Shown one piece after another: positions 48,266-48,673 of a DNA stretch of 48,673 nt; the stretch's first letter is position 1; each line of letters begins with the position of its first letter. The notes below the pieces were generated by a model. The model worked only from the letters and a program-made list of their open reading frames with translations. It was not told the origin of the DNA and made no database searches. Both the position numbers and the translations under genes were made by a program. The DNA is from a virus, in UHGV virus genome UHGV-0181052, one strand, 5' to 3'.

Positions 48266-48673
48266 GGTGGTTCGCCTCGAATACAGCCAGCGCGAAGCCG
48301 CGAGGGGTGGCGCTGCGGATGTTCTTGGTGCGGGTGCTCTTCCCGCCGACCTTGATCGCCCGATTGAAGTCCTTCCCTACCGGAGTCACCGGCTTCGGCT
48401 CGGGCATCACGAACGCCTCACTGCACCAGATGGCGGTCAGCTTGGTGTAGGCGTCACGGTCAGGGATGACCCCCGGGTAGTCCGGGTGCATCTCTTCACC
48501 CTCCGGGATATAGCCGCCATAGTCACACGGATTGAAGGTGTGATCGAACTTGCGCCACAGCTTAGGCAGGAAGGATCGCGCCGGGTTCTCCAGCATCCAC
48601 GGGATAGGCCCGGTGGCAAAATCACTGTTGACGATATGGCAATATGCCTCCACTAGCTCAACGAACTTCGCCA
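48258..48673 (-). CDS. hypothetical protein, C-terminal part. The frame is open to the right window edge and in phase with the 1..364 ORF
   Basis: No stop between 48653 and 48673. The tracked GTG start is probably internal. Joining position 48673 to position 1 gives ...DDAVK-L-AKFVELVEAYCHIV... Confidence 0.5.
   Translation of the reverse strand, partial: AKFVELVEAYCHIVNSDFATGPIPWMLENPARSFLPKLWRKFDHTFNPCDYGGYIPEGEEMHPDYPGVIPDRDAYTKLTAIWCSEAFVMPEPKPVTPVGKDFNRAIKVGGKSTRTKNIRSATPRGFALAVFEANHHA

Noticed and set aside
1-48673. Temperate lifestyle elements (integrase, CI repressor, attP, excisionase)
   Set aside because: No tyrosine or serine recombinase signature and no large repressor were found. 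The only HTH protein is a 67-aa Cro-like protein. The genome looks obligately lytic.
1-48673. tRNA or other structured RNA genes
   Set aside because: No region with a convincing cloverleaf (conserved GTTC-loop / TPsiC arm with matching acceptor stem) was spotted by eye in the intergenic gaps. A tRNAscan run would be needed to be certain.

Overview
The window reads as a complete, circularly permuted genome (about 48.7 kb) of a virulent tailed siphovirus of enterobacteria, organised like T1-like (Drexlerviridae-type) phages. That placement is an inference from gene content and order.

Genome organisation:
- Two divergent control regions sit at 2059-2131 and 37486-38044. Two convergent bidirectional terminators sit at 7810-7832 and 44709-44733.
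- Plus-strand early/replication block (2132-7805): SF2 helicase, VRR-NUC nuclease, an AT-rich unknown gene, a RecE-like PD-(D/E)XK exonuclease, Erf, SSB, a Cro-like HTH protein and a secreted protein.
- Plus-strand early block (38045-44699): a RecA-like (AAA_25) ATPase with a winged-helix tail, then about 13 small hypothetical genes including a membrane-protein/lipoprotein pair and an ASCH protein.
- Minus-strand late block (37485 down to 7831): TerS, a coiled-coil insert, TerL, portal, minor head protein, scaffold, capsid, neck proteins, major tail protein, G/GT chaperones, tape measure, lambda-like M/L/K/I, a 3355-aa J-like central fiber, and a tail fiber with an S74 chaperone domain.
- Second minus-strand block: it wraps across the window ends (2058 down to 1, then 48673 down to 44732) and carries a Zn-ribbon primase-domain protein, a PD-(D/E)XK protein, Dam methylase, several small genes, and a holin / Rz-Rz1 / endolysin cassette.

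Main observations:
- The J-like protein is about three times lambda J in size and contains eight tandem carbohydrate-binding-like modules.
- One reading frame is continuous across the window ends.
- A family of near-identical early promoters with embedded dyad operators drives several early genes.
- Iteron-like repeats lie upstream of the replication ATPase gene, with a remote inverted copy inside the tail module.
- A conserved hairpin-plus-ATG element sits at the starts of terL and the holin gene.
- A coiled-coil protein and two small membrane proteins are inserted between terS and terL.

No integrase, CI-type repressor, CRISPR array, rRNA or convincing tRNA gene was seen.
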